Virus record (IMG/VR): IMGVR_UViG_3300047548_001136
Coordinates: 11,234-75,233 of that record
DNA length: 64,000 nucleotides
Source of the DNA: a virus
Direction: 5' to 3' (one strand)
Shown: piece by piece, positions 8,861-18,342 of the stretch
How the letters are laid out: each line of letters begins with the position of its first letter
Position numbering within the stretch: position 1 is the first letter of the stretch
The notes under the pieces: model-generated
The model's input: the letters and a program-made list of their open reading frames with translations, nothing else
Databases searched by the model: none
What the model was told of the DNA's origin: nothing
Made by a program: the position numbers and the translations under genes

Positions 8861-10416
8861 GTAACGTTGAATCTGTCTTAGTAAAAAAAGCACACAAAAA
8901 GCATACCTATACCGATAAACAGATTGCAGAGTTTGCAGCATGTATGGATCCAGTTACAGGTCCAGAATACTTTATGCGTAACTTCTTTTATATTCAACAT
9001 CCTACAAAAGGTAAAATCAAATATGAACCGTTTGATTATCAGGTTGATTTAATTCATAACTACCACACTTACCGTTTCAGCATTAATATGCTTGGGCGAC
9101 AGATGGGTAAAACTACTACTGCTGCTGGGTATTTAGTTTGGTACGCTATGTTTGTTCCTGATAGCACAATTCTTATTGCTGCACACAAGTACACAGGTGC
9201 TCAAGAAATCATGCAGCGTATACGTTATGCTTACGAAGCAGTACCAGATCATATTCGTTGTGGCGTTGTAAGCTACAATAAAGGCAGTATTGATTTCGAT
9301 AACGGTTCACGTATTGTTTCTGCTACTACAACAGAAACAACTGGTCGTGGTATGTCTATTTCATTACTATATTGCGACGAGTTTGCATTCGTTAGACCTA
9401 CAATTGCTCGAGAATTTTGGGCTTCTATCTCTCCTACACTAGCAACTGGTGGTAAAGCAATCATTACATCAACTCCAAACAGCGACGACGATCAGTTCTC
9501 ACTTATATGGCGTGAAGCAAACAAGAAGCTTGACGAGTATGGTAACGAAAAAGAAGTTGGTCGCAATGGTTTTGCTAGTTATCTTGCTACATGGGATAAG
9601 CATCCTGAAAGAGGTAAAGAGTGGGCAAGTCAGGAACAGTCTGCATTAGGTGATGAGCGTTTCCGTCGTGAACACAACTGTGAGTTCATCATTTATGATG
9701 AAACACTTATTAGTCCAGTCTTACTTGCAGAAATGGAAGGTCACGATACTGTTATGAAACAAGGGCAAATACGCTGGTTTGAACTTCCAAAATCAGGTAA
9801 CATGTATCTTGTTGCACTGGATCCAAGTTTAGGTACAGGTGGAGATAATGCTGCTATACAAGTGTTTTCATTACAAGGGTTAAAACAAGTTGCTGAATGG
9901 ATGCATAATAAAACACCTATTATTCAACAAGTTGCTATATTAAGAGAAATTACAAAGTATCTTGTTGAAAAAACAGGTGACCCGAGCAGCGTTTACTACA
10001 CTGTAGAAAATAACACACTGGGCGAAGCAGCATTGCAGCAGATTGCTGAAATTGGTGAAGAAAACATTAACGGATATTTTATGACTGAACCATCTAAGGG
10101 AACAGGAAGATCTTTTAGAAAAGGGTTCAACACTACTAACAGCAAAAAACTAGCTGCATGTGCTAAGTTAAAGCATTGGATCGAAACACGTAAAATGAAG
10201 ATTTGTAGTAAACCGCTTATTAGCGAACTTAAAACATTCGTTAGTGCAGGTGTAGGATATGCTGCAAAACTTGGTGAAAAAGATGATCTAGTTTCAGCCA
10301 CGTTGCTTGTTGTACGCATGGCAATATTGCTCAAACAATACGATAGTGATGCCCATGCAGAGCTAAAAGACGAGATAGATGACATCATTGAGCCAATGCC
10401 ATTTGTAATAATTTAA
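8857..10416 (+). CDS. terL: terminase large subunit (T4 gp17-like)
   Basis: Walker A GRQMGKT, Walker B LLYCDEFAF, TSTPN coupling motif, nuclease VALDPS...DDLV. Confidence 0.95.
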   Translation: MSNVESVLVKKAHKKHTYTDKQIAEFAACMDPVTGPEYFMRNFFYIQHPTKGKIKYEPFDYQVDLIHNYHTYRFSINMLGRQMGKTTTAAGYLVWYAMFVPDSTILIAAHKYTGAQEIMQRIRYAYEAVPDHIRCGVVSYNKGSIDFDNGSRIVSATTTETTGRGMSISLLYCDEFAFVRPTIAREFWASISPTLATGGKAIITSTPNSDDDQFSLIWREANKKLDEYGNEKEVGRNGFASYLATWDKHPERGKEWASQEQSALGDERFRREHNCEFIIYDETLISPVLLAEMEGHDTVMKQGQIRWFELPKSGNMYLVALDPSLGTGGDNAAIQVFSLQGLKQVAEWMHNKTPIIQQVAILREITKYLVEKTGDPSSVYYTVENNTLGEAALQQIAEIGEENINGYFMTEPSKGTGRSFRKGFNTTNSKKLAACAKLKHWIETRKMKICSKPLISELKTFVSAGVGYAAKLGEKDDLVSATLLVVRMAILLKQYDSDAHAELKDEIDDIIEPMPFVII

Positions 10417-10428
10417 CTAAATAACAGC

Positions 10429-12327
10429 ATGAGACCAATTGAAAAAACAAGTGAAGATTTGTTCCAAAAGCTTCGTAGTAGATTCAGTCCAGTTAGTATG
10501 GGCGATGAAAGTGCGGATGAAACATCTGCTCCAACAGAGGCTAGAATTTTCAACTTTATGTACAAAGATGACGAACATGACATAGGGTATGTTTCTATCA
10601 GCATAATTGATAATCGTAGTTTCAAAGTTTATTACGGCACTGATTTAGTTGATAGAATTGAAAATAAAGCTAATTGGTACAGTTTCTTAAAAGATTTGCG
10701 TATGTTTGCAAAGCGCAATTTAATGAGTTTTGATGCAAGAGATCTCGCCAAAAATCAATTAGAACCAAGAGATTTTAAATTTATCAGTCAGCAAGACGGA
10801 ACATATAAAGGACACGAAGTGACAGTATCAGAAAGTGCAATGTTCGGTAGCCGCCGTAAGAGTTACCAGACTATGGAAAACGTAAAGATGATTGTTAATC
10901 ATCGTAAGTCAATTGATGAAACAATCCCAGGTGCACGTAGTCGCTACATTGAGAGCATTTATCTAGAGCGTGCTGATGGCGAACGTTATAAGTTCCCGTA
11001 TAATTATCTAACTGGTGCAAGGGCAATGGCTCGTCACGTTAATGAAGGCGGTAATCCATATGATGATATGGGTAAACATATTGTTAACATGATTAAAGAA
11101 ATGCGTGATCTTAGCAAGTTTGCTCGTCGCACAAAAAAGCACGCAATGGAAGATGAAAACGCTGGTAATATTCGTAATAGCGTTGTTGAGCGTTTTCATA
11201 GCATGAAGAAGCAGTTAAGTGCAATGAGCGTAAAAGAAGGTTATGCTCGTTTTGTTGAAAACTTTAGTGCAGACGAAGCACTAGTTGAAGATGATGCAGT
11301 ACAGCAAATCAAAGAAAGATTTACACAGCAAGTATTTGATACACAATTAGAAGATACATTGCCCGCTGTTATGAAGGCAATTAAGGAAGCAGAAATGAAG
11401 CATGTTGCAGAAGCAGATAAATCTATTGCTCATTTAATAAAGAGCAAACCACTTGTATTGCGTAAAGATTCTGCTGCTGATCAAATGTTCCGTAGTACAA
11501 AGTTTACTGATGGTGCTGGCTTACTTGGTTTCATTCTAAGTGACATTGCAAGTCGTGCAATTGGTGACGGTGCAGACGAAATTGCAAACTTTGCAAGCGA
11601 TGCTGCTGAGCGTGTACAAGATAAAGATTATGATCCAAAAGACAAGCAAACTGCAATGATGCTTGCTAAGAAGTATATGGACGATGTTAAGAAGATGACA
11701 TCTAACCCAAGTTATGCTGATACAGTCCGTGTTGATCCAAAGAACGTATATGGTAAGATGAAGAAGCGTGAAGGCGGTTTCCATGAAGCAGAACAGTATG
11801 AAGCATGGGCAAATGATTTAGTACCTGAAGATAATGTCAGCGAAATTTCTAACAAAGCCAAGATGGATTATGTTAATAAAGGAATGGATTGGGCAACCAA
11901 CAGAACACATAGCGGTGAAAACCCAGATCCAGATATAAAATTTGGTAAAAGAATAGACAATATACAAAAAACAGTCTCATCCTTGCCAAAAAAAAAGATA
12001 GGTGATAAAAAAGTTGGTGAAGCAACCACGCAAGGTACAATAGGAACATCAGGAACATCAGGTCCTGCTGCTCTTGCTCAAAACCTAAAAGATCCTAACC
12101 TAATTAAGCAATCAAAGCTCGCAGCCCAAGCATTGAAGACTGGCGGAGTTCAAAACGTTAATGCACAAACAGTTGCAAAGACATTAGGAAAACAAGCCAG
12201 TTCAATGCCTCTTAATAAGAAGGACATGGAACCCGTTGCAGCACTTGGTGCAAAAGCAATGCAGGCAGCAACGAATCCAAAGGTCGCTAATCAATTAGGA
12301 GCACTGCTTAAAAAAGCAGGCATCTAA
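10429..12327 (+). CDS. large hypothetical protein, probably structural/head-related
   Basis: 632-aa ORF after TAAATA (10418-10423); many xxEA/ES motifs; ends LLKKAGI. Confidence 0.6.
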   Translation: MRPIEKTSEDLFQKLRSRFSPVSMGDESADETSAPTEARIFNFMYKDDEHDIGYVSISIIDNRSFKVYYGTDLVDRIENKANWYSFLKDLRMFAKRNLMSFDARDLAKNQLEPRDFKFISQQDGTYKGHEVTVSESAMFGSRRKSYQTMENVKMIVNHRKSIDETIPGARSRYIESIYLERADGERYKFPYNYLTGARAMARHVNEGGNPYDDMGKHIVNMIKEMRDLSKFARRTKKHAMEDENAGNIRNSVVERFHSMKKQLSAMSVKEGYARFVENFSADEALVEDDAVQQIKERFTQQVFDTQLEDTLPAVMKAIKEAEMKHVAEADKSIAHLIKSKPLVLRKDSAADQMFRSTKFTDGAGLLGFILSDIASRAIGDGADEIANFASDAAERVQDKDYDPKDKQTAMMLAKKYMDDVKKMTSNPSYADTVRVDPKNVYGKMKKREGGFHEAEQYEAWANDLVPEDNVSEISNKAKMDYVNKGMDWATNRTHSGENPDPDIKFGKRIDNIQKTVSSLPKKKIGDKKVGEATTQGTIGTSGTSGPAALAQNLKDPNLIKQSKLAAQALKTGGVQNVNAQTVAKTLGKQASSMPLNKKDMEPVAALGAKAMQAATNPKVANQLGALLKKAGI

Positions 12328-12356
12328 TCAATTTAATTCAATAATTAAATTGCAGG

Positions 12357-12440
12357 TATAAATACAAATAGCATACACTGTTAATACAGTGTGTGCTTAG
12401 GCAAACACTTATAGGCTAACACAGGCATAACATTAAGGAG
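12357..12440 (+). promoter_or_regulatory. late promoter plus structured, repeat-containing leader of SSB gene
   Basis: TATAAATA; hairpin GCATACACTG/CAGTGTGTGC; three AGGC-containing repeats; AAGGAG RBS. Confidence 0.6.
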
Positions 12441-12447
12441 AAACATT

Positions 12448-13452
12448 ATGGCATCATTAGCAGAAATTCGCGCAAAACTACAACAGAATGAAAACCGTGG
12501 ACAACAGGGCGGTTTTAAGGGTGATAACGCAATTTACCCACACTGGGATATCCCAGAAGGTTCCACAGCAAAAGTAAGATTCCTTCCAGACGGCAACACA
12601 AAGAATGATTTCTTTTGGGTTGAACGTGCGATGATTAAGCTTCCATTCGCAGGCATTAAGGGGCAGGCTGATAGCAAGCCTACAACTGTACAAGTTCCAT
12701 GCATGGAAATGTGGCAAGGCGAAACATGTCCGGTTCTCTCCGAGGTGCGCCCTTGGTTCAAGGACAAGTCTCTTGAAGAGCTTGGTCGTAAGTATTGGAA
12801 GAAGCGTAGCTATTTGTTCCAAGGCTTTGTACACGACAATCCACTAAACGAAGAAAATGCTCCAGAAAATCCAATTCGTCGTTTCATTATTGGTCCTCAA
12901 ATCTTTAATGTAATTAAGGCTGCACTAATGGATACTGAAATTGAAGAGCTTCCAACTAGCTATGACCGTGGTCTAGACTTTAGCATCACAAAGACTAGCA
13001 AGGGTGGCTATGCTGATTACAGCACTTCAAAGTGGGCACGTAAGGAAACTGCACTTACAGCAAGTGAACGTGCTGCAATCGACGCACACAGTCTACATAA
13101 TCTAACAGACTTCCTTCCAAAGAAACCAACTGCGGTAGAACTTAACGTTATTAAGGAAATGTTTGAAGCATCTGTTGATGGGCAGGCATATGATCCAGAT
13201 CGTTGGGCACAATACTTTAAGCCAGCAGGCTTTAAGGGTGGATCTACTGATGGTGATGAAGAACGAGCAACAAGTTCGACAAGAACATCTGGAGCTCCAG
13301 CCCCAAAGGTAACACCAAAGGTAGAAGATACTGATGAAGTTCCTTTTGACGTTGATGAAACTCCAGCAGTAGCAACCGCTGCTCCTAAACCAGCTGCAAC
13401 TAATGCAAGGGCGGAAGATATCCTTGCAATGATCCGTAGCCGTCAGAAGTAA
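12448..13452 (+). CDS. single-stranded DNA-binding protein (T4 gp32-like)
   Basis: VRFLPDGN, CMEMW..CPV, RKYWKKRSY, GGYADYSTSKW; acidic flexible tail. Confidence 0.9.
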   Translation: MASLAEIRAKLQQNENRGQQGGFKGDNAIYPHWDIPEGSTAKVRFLPDGNTKNDFFWVERAMIKLPFAGIKGQADSKPTTVQVPCMEMWQGETCPVLSEVRPWFKDKSLEELGRKYWKKRSYLFQGFVHDNPLNEENAPENPIRRFIIGPQIFNVIKAALMDTEIEELPTSYDRGLDFSITKTSKGGYADYSTSKWARKETALTASERAAIDAHSLHNLTDFLPKKPTAVELNVIKEMFEASVDGQAYDPDRWAQYFKPAGFKGGSTDGDEERATSSTRTSGAPAPKVTPKVEDTDEVPFDVDETPAVATAAPKPAATNARAEDILAMIRSRQK

Positions 13453-13459
13453 ACAATGA

Positions 13460-14275
13460 ATGACACACTGTTTTATTGAAGTCGATAAACAGTTTGTTAT
13501 TGATATTGAACTGTTTGATACAAGTGTTGCTAAAAAGTTTTTAAATCAACTTAAGTGGCACGTATCAAACAGTTCGATTAATCAACGTGAATGCTTCTAT
13601 GGTTATGCAGAAGAAAAGGTTGTACAACAAAACCTTCTTACAGCAATTGATAAAATCAATACGTTTTTGAAACGTAGCTACATTACTTTACCTCAATATA
13701 TTGATTGGGACAATCATAATTTTTACAATGATTTACATCAATATTTTGAAAAATTAAACGGTGAATGGGGTAATCCAAACTTGTTAATGCAAGTAGCACC
13801 AAATGACGTAAAGGATGCAATACGGGATTTAAACTTTTCTATTCATAGATTAGAAACACGCCCTTATGATGTTAACAGAATGTTTTATCTAAGCTGGGAT
13901 AAAAATACTTATCGTAGAGAACCATTAGAAGAACACGAATACGAACTTTTTACCGACACATTTGTTGAAGGTGTTGTTTACCTATCTTATACAGAAGTGG
14001 GAAAACACTTAAAAGAGTTGTATCACGATGATCTAACACCCAATTATGAAGCTTATAAAAATTTGCACTATGTTGGTGCAGAAGTTCATGTTCGTTGGGA
14101 CAGCACACATGAAATTTTCACTGATAAGTTTAAGCAATGGGCAAAGCAACATGATATTGATATTAACGATAAAAAACTTGGCATTGGTTTAATGCCAGTT
14201 GGGACGTTTAAGGGTTCAGATAAGAATTTTACTAAAGACAGCAAAGTCACTAATATTACTATAAAGGAAGATTAA
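13460..14275 (+). CDS. hypothetical protein
   Basis: 271-aa ORF in operon context; no motif recognised. Confidence 0.7.
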   Translation: MTHCFIEVDKQFVIDIELFDTSVAKKFLNQLKWHVSNSSINQRECFYGYAEEKVVQQNLLTAIDKINTFLKRSYITLPQYIDWDNHNFYNDLHQYFEKLNGEWGNPNLLMQVAPNDVKDAIRDLNFSIHRLETRPYDVNRMFYLSWDKNTYRREPLEEHEYELFTDTFVEGVVYLSYTEVGKHLKELYHDDLTPNYEAYKNLHYVGAEVHVRWDSTHEIFTDKFKQWAKQHDIDINDKKLGIGLMPVGTFKGSDKNFTKDSKVTNITIKED

Positions 14276-14277
14276 TT

Positions 14278-15342
14278 ATGGCAAAACCGTTTGATTTAAC
14301 AAAATTTCGCAAAGAACTAACAAAGAGCATTGATGGGCTTTCCATTGGCTTTAATGATCCAACTGATTGGATCTCAACAGGCAATTATACACTAAACTAT
14401 CTCATTAGCGGCGACTTCCATAAGGGTATTCCTATGGGTAAGGTTACTGTGTTTGCTGGTGAGTCGGGTGCAGGTAAATCTTACATTTGCTCAGGCAACA
14501 TTGTAAAGAATGCACAAGAGCAGGGCATCTTCGTTGTGCTCATTGATACTGAAAACGCACTTGATGAAGAATGGCTACGTGCCTTAGGCGTTGATACAGA
14601 TGAATCAAAGCTAATGAAGCTTAACATGGCTATGATTGATGACGTTGCCAAGATGATTAGCACCTTTATGAAGGACTACAAGACAATGCCTACTGAGGAA
14701 CGTCCTAAGGTATTGTTCGTACTTGACTCACTTGGTATGTTGCTAACTCCAACAGACGTTAATCAGTTTGAAGCTGGTGATATGAAGGGCGACATGGGTC
14801 GTAAGCCTAAGGCACTTACTGCACTTGTACGCAACTGCGTCAATATGTTTGGTAGTATGAACGTTGGGTTAGTAGCAACTAATCACACTTATGCATCACA
14901 AGACATGTTTGATCCAGATGATAAGATTTCAGGTGGGCAAGGTTTTATTTACGCAAGTTCAATTGTAGTAGCTATGCGTAAGCTTAAGCTTAAGGAAGAT
15001 GAAGATGGTAACAAGATCAGCGAAGTACGTGGTATTCGTGCTGCATGTAAGGTGATGAAAACACGTTACGCAAAGCCATTTGAAAGCGTACAAGTAAAGA
15101 TCCCGTATGATACTGGTATGAGCCCAACATCTGGTCTAATGGATTTGTTTGAAGCAAAGGGTATCCTCAAGAAGGATGGCAATAAGCTTACCTACACATC
15201 TAAAAAGACTGGAGAAATTATCAAAGAGTTCCGTAAGGGATGGACAGACGATAAGCTACAAGTTATTATGGATGAGTGGGATGAGTCAACTGTTCCAGAA
15301 GGTGTAGTTGAAGAAGTTACTCATGCTGACGTTGAGGAATAA
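14278..15342 (+). CDS. uvsX: RecA-like recombinase
   Basis: ISTGNYTLN, GESGAGKS, IDTENALD, VLDSLG, SGGQG, KTRY motifs. Confidence 0.95.
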   Translation: MAKPFDLTKFRKELTKSIDGLSIGFNDPTDWISTGNYTLNYLISGDFHKGIPMGKVTVFAGESGAGKSYICSGNIVKNAQEQGIFVVLIDTENALDEEWLRALGVDTDESKLMKLNMAMIDDVAKMISTFMKDYKTMPTEERPKVLFVLDSLGMLLTPTDVNQFEAGDMKGDMGRKPKALTALVRNCVNMFGSMNVGLVATNHTYASQDMFDPDDKISGGQGFIYASSIVVAMRKLKLKEDEDGNKISEVRGIRAACKVMKTRYAKPFESVQVKIPYDTGMSPTSGLMDLFEAKGILKKDGNKLTYTSKKTGEIIKEFRKGWTDDKLQVIMDEWDESTVPEGVVEEVTHADVEE

Positions 15343-15368
15343 GTATCTCGTCTTATAAGGTTTTTAAA

Positions 15369-15590
15369 ATGGAAGAGATATCACATTTAATTTGGAAAGT
15401 ACTAAGCGAGTATATCCCACAGCGAGATCATGAATCTGCTGCACATCATTTAGTAAATGAACTAATTGATGCAGGTATACATGAGGATGATCTTTACGCT
15501 ATGGCTGCTGGTAATCCGGTATTAAGGCGTGCTGTAAAAGAGCAAGTTGAAATCGATGAAGCAGACGATGATGATTATGAGGAGCTATGA
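15369..15590 (+). CDS. small acidic hypothetical protein
   Basis: 73-aa ORF between uvsX and uvsY with ATGA coupling. Confidence 0.7.
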   Translation: MEEISHLIWKVLSEYIPQRDHESAAHHLVNELIDAGIHEDDLYAMAAGNPVLRRAVKEQVEIDEADDDDYEEL

Positions 15591-16042
15591 ACTGGTACAC
15601 TAGGATTACTGCTGATCTTGCACAAATCCCAAACTTTATTCTTCATTATGAGAATGAACTTGAGAAAGCAAGAGCAGATGTACGTATCTACGGCAAGATT
15701 GAAAAAAATCTTGCCGATTTGCCAGGTATAACGGAATATAGATTTAGCCAGCTTCAAGAAATTGAGGCTGTGCTAAACTATCTTAATATTCAACTTAACA
15801 AAATTAGACGTAAGCATTTTCAAAAGTATCTTGAAAATTACAACAGAGCATTAAGTAGTCGTGAGGCTGAAAAATATGTTGACGGCGAAGATGAAGTAAT
15901 TGATTACGAAACAATTATTAATGATGTAGCCTTAGTACGTAATAAATGGCTTGGTGTTATGAAAGGGCTTGAAAGTAAGAACTTTCAACTAGGGCATATT
16001 ACAAAGCTACGAGTTGCAGGAATGGAAGATATTGTATTATGA
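15587..16042 (+). CDS. uvsY: recombination mediator
   Basis: Helical protein, EKYVDGE..KNFQLGHI.KLRVAG motif, next to uvsX. Confidence 0.8.
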   Translation: MNWYTRITADLAQIPNFILHYENELEKARADVRIYGKIEKNLADLPGITEYRFSQLQEIEAVLNYLNIQLNKIRRKHFQKYLENYNRALSSREAEKYVDGEDEVIDYETIINDVALVRNKWLGVMKGLESKNFQLGHITKLRVAGMEDIVL

Positions 16043-16767
16043 GTTCAGCTGAAACACTAGCGTTGCTAGATATGCGAACTGACTTTATGGAAAGTTTAAC
16101 TGTTATCGCAGATATGGGATGCGGTAAAGGTGCAGATGCCGCAGCATGGGCAGATAGAGTTGATCCAGACGGTAAATCTCGAAAACTTGTTGTGTTTGCA
16201 GTTGATAAGAAGATTCAAATAGACAATCATAACAGACGTCCAAACATTAAAATCGTTAAAGAAGATTATTCAAACACTACTATAGCAAAAAGTAAAATTG
16301 ATGTGCTGTGGTGTTACAACTCATTTCAATATGCAACAGATCCAGTTAAGACGTTGCGTCATTGGTGGGATATTATGAATGAAGATGGGCTGTTGTATAT
16401 TGCAATACCACAAACTAATTATATTGATGATTTGTCTCGTTGGCAAATGATAAACCAAAGTGGATGTTTTTGGCCGCACAATATTGCTAGTTTAATTTAT
16501 CTATTAGCTGCATGTGGGTTCGATTGTAAAGGCGGGCACTTTAAGCAAAGAAGACATGATCCAATGTTACATTTTTGTGCTTATAGGAGCGCAAATAAAC
16601 CAATGAACTTAAGTGACGCAAATTTATACTTGCTTGATGAAATGGGTATGCTACCTGAGTCAATAAGTAACTGCGTAAAAAAGTATGGTGCAATTAGACA
16701 CGAGTTTTTAATTTTGCCATGGCTTGATGGATCATTAAGTGATTTAGCTATTGAAAGTATACCATGA
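16039..16767 (+). CDS. class I SAM-dependent methyltransferase
   Basis: IADMGCGKG motif I; DGLLYIAIP strand. Confidence 0.8.
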   Translation: MSSAETLALLDMRTDFMESLTVIADMGCGKGADAAAWADRVDPDGKSRKLVVFAVDKKIQIDNHNRRPNIKIVKEDYSNTTIAKSKIDVLWCYNSFQYATDPVKTLRHWWDIMNEDGLLYIAIPQTNYIDDLSRWQMINQSGCFWPHNIASLIYLLAACGFDCKGGHFKQRRHDPMLHFCAYRSANKPMNLSDANLYLLDEMGMLPESISNCVKKYGAIRHEFLILPWLDGSLSDLAIESIP

Positions 16768-16868
16768 TAAAGTTTTTTAAAAGATTGTATAACAAGATTA
16801 AAATTGAAATCATGTATCGTAAAAGATTAAAAGAGTTAAAAAAACGTGACCCGTTCATCTACGACTAA
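16764..16868 (+). CDS. 34-aa basic peptide ending RDPFIYD (not in ORF track)
   Basis: ATGA-coupled; MIKFFKRLYNKIKIEIMYRKRLKELKKRDPFIYD; overlaps the carbamoyltransferase start. Confidence 0.6.
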   Translation: MIKFFKRLYNKIKIEIMYRKRLKELKKRDPFIYD

Positions 16869-18342
16869 TTACCATCTTGGCATCAGTCAAGGATACCATG
16901 ATGCGGGCTTAGCATACATAAGTCCCGATGGTAATATCTTACATGCATCACATAGCGAACGTTATAGTAAAAAGAAAAATGATCCAAATTTAAGCTATCA
17001 ACAATTTGTTGATTGTGAGTTCACTGGGTTTGAAAATATTACAGTAAACTATTATGAACGACCTTGGCTTACAAATCTAAGGCGTTTACGTGCTGGCCAA
17101 AGTCCATCTAGCATAACCCCTGTAATTAACAAACTTAAATATTTTGATCTACCACGTAAGATGAATAAGTGGGGACATCATTTGTCACATGCAGCAGCCG
17201 CATTTCAAACAAGTCCGTTTGATCATAGCGCGGTTGTAATTGTAGATGCAATTGGAGAATGGGATACCGTAAGTATTTGGTATGCACACTATGATGATAA
17301 AGGAGTTGCAAAATATCAACGATTATGGCGACGCAAATATCCTCATAGCTTAGGATTATTCTATACAGCAATGACCCGGCGTGTTGGATTGCGCCCAATG
17401 GAAGATGAGTACGTTCTTATGGGAATGGCTGCTTACGGACATTCACCAATGCTATATGATAGGATGCGTAAAGAGTTTGTAGACAGCATTGATGAATGTA
17501 GGTTCAAACAAAACTTTCATGCAGGTATTGATGGGCGTTGGGCAGATAACTATAAAGACGAACATATTGCCGCTGCAACTCAACAGCTAACAGAAGAAAT
17601 TCTTTATAGCATACATGAACGAGCACTTAACATAACAAGTGAAACAAATGTCTGTTACGGCGGCGGCGTTGCACTCAATTGTAAGTTTAATGCTAAGTTG
17701 CACGAACTTTGGAGTAACATTTGGATTTGTCCTAACCCAGGAGACTGTGGATCTGCACTTGGTGCAGCGGCATTAAGTTATGGGAAAAAGCTTAACTGGC
17801 AAAATGCTTATCTTGGACATATGATTCCTGGTGATTTATCAATTAAAGATGTTGTTGACACTTTATATAAAGAAAAGATAGTTGGGATTGCTAACAGTTA
17901 TGCAGAATGGGGACCAAGGGCACTTGGTAATCGTAGCTTACTTGCTAACCCAAGAGGTGAAAATATTAAAGATCGTGTTAACGACATTAAGAAACGCCAA
18001 AAGTATAGACCATTTGCGCCTGCTATATTAGAAGAACACGCTAAGGATTACTTTAACTTAAATTCAGCTTGCGATTATCGTTATATGCAATATGCAGTTA
18101 AAGCAAATGAGAATACGCAACTGTTTTATCCAGCTGTTTGTCACATTGATGGCACTGCTAGGGTTCAAGTTGTTCCAAAAGATAATAGCAACATGCGTAA
18201 TATTCTTGAAGCATGGTATGCAAAGACAAAGTGTCCAATGCTACTAAACACTAGCTTAAACATACGCGGTGAACCAATGATAGATAGCAGGGTTGATGCA
18301 CAGCGTTTTACAACAATGTATGGAGTTAAAGTTTTTAGTTAA
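16846..18342 (+). CDS. carbamoyltransferase (NodU/CmcH family)
   Basis: HDAG, SERYS.KKND, HHLSHAA, VDAIGE, GGVALN, GPRALGNRS, RPFAP, LLNTSLN. Confidence 0.95.
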   Translation: MTRSSTTNYHLGISQGYHDAGLAYISPDGNILHASHSERYSKKKNDPNLSYQQFVDCEFTGFENITVNYYERPWLTNLRRLRAGQSPSSITPVINKLKYFDLPRKMNKWGHHLSHAAAAFQTSPFDHSAVVIVDAIGEWDTVSIWYAHYDDKGVAKYQRLWRRKYPHSLGLFYTAMTRRVGLRPMEDEYVLMGMAAYGHSPMLYDRMRKEFVDSIDECRFKQNFHAGIDGRWADNYKDEHIAAATQQLTEEILYSIHERALNITSETNVCYGGGVALNCKFNAKLHELWSNIWICPNPGDCGSALGAAALSYGKKLNWQNAYLGHMIPGDLSIKDVVDTLYKEKIVGIANSYAEWGPRALGNRSLLANPRGENIKDRVNDIKKRQKYRPFAPAILEEHAKDYFNLNSACDYRYMQYAVKANENTQLFYPAVCHIDGTARVQVVPKDNSNMRNILEAWYAKTKCPMLLNTSLNIRGEPMIDSRVDAQRFTTMYGVKVFS

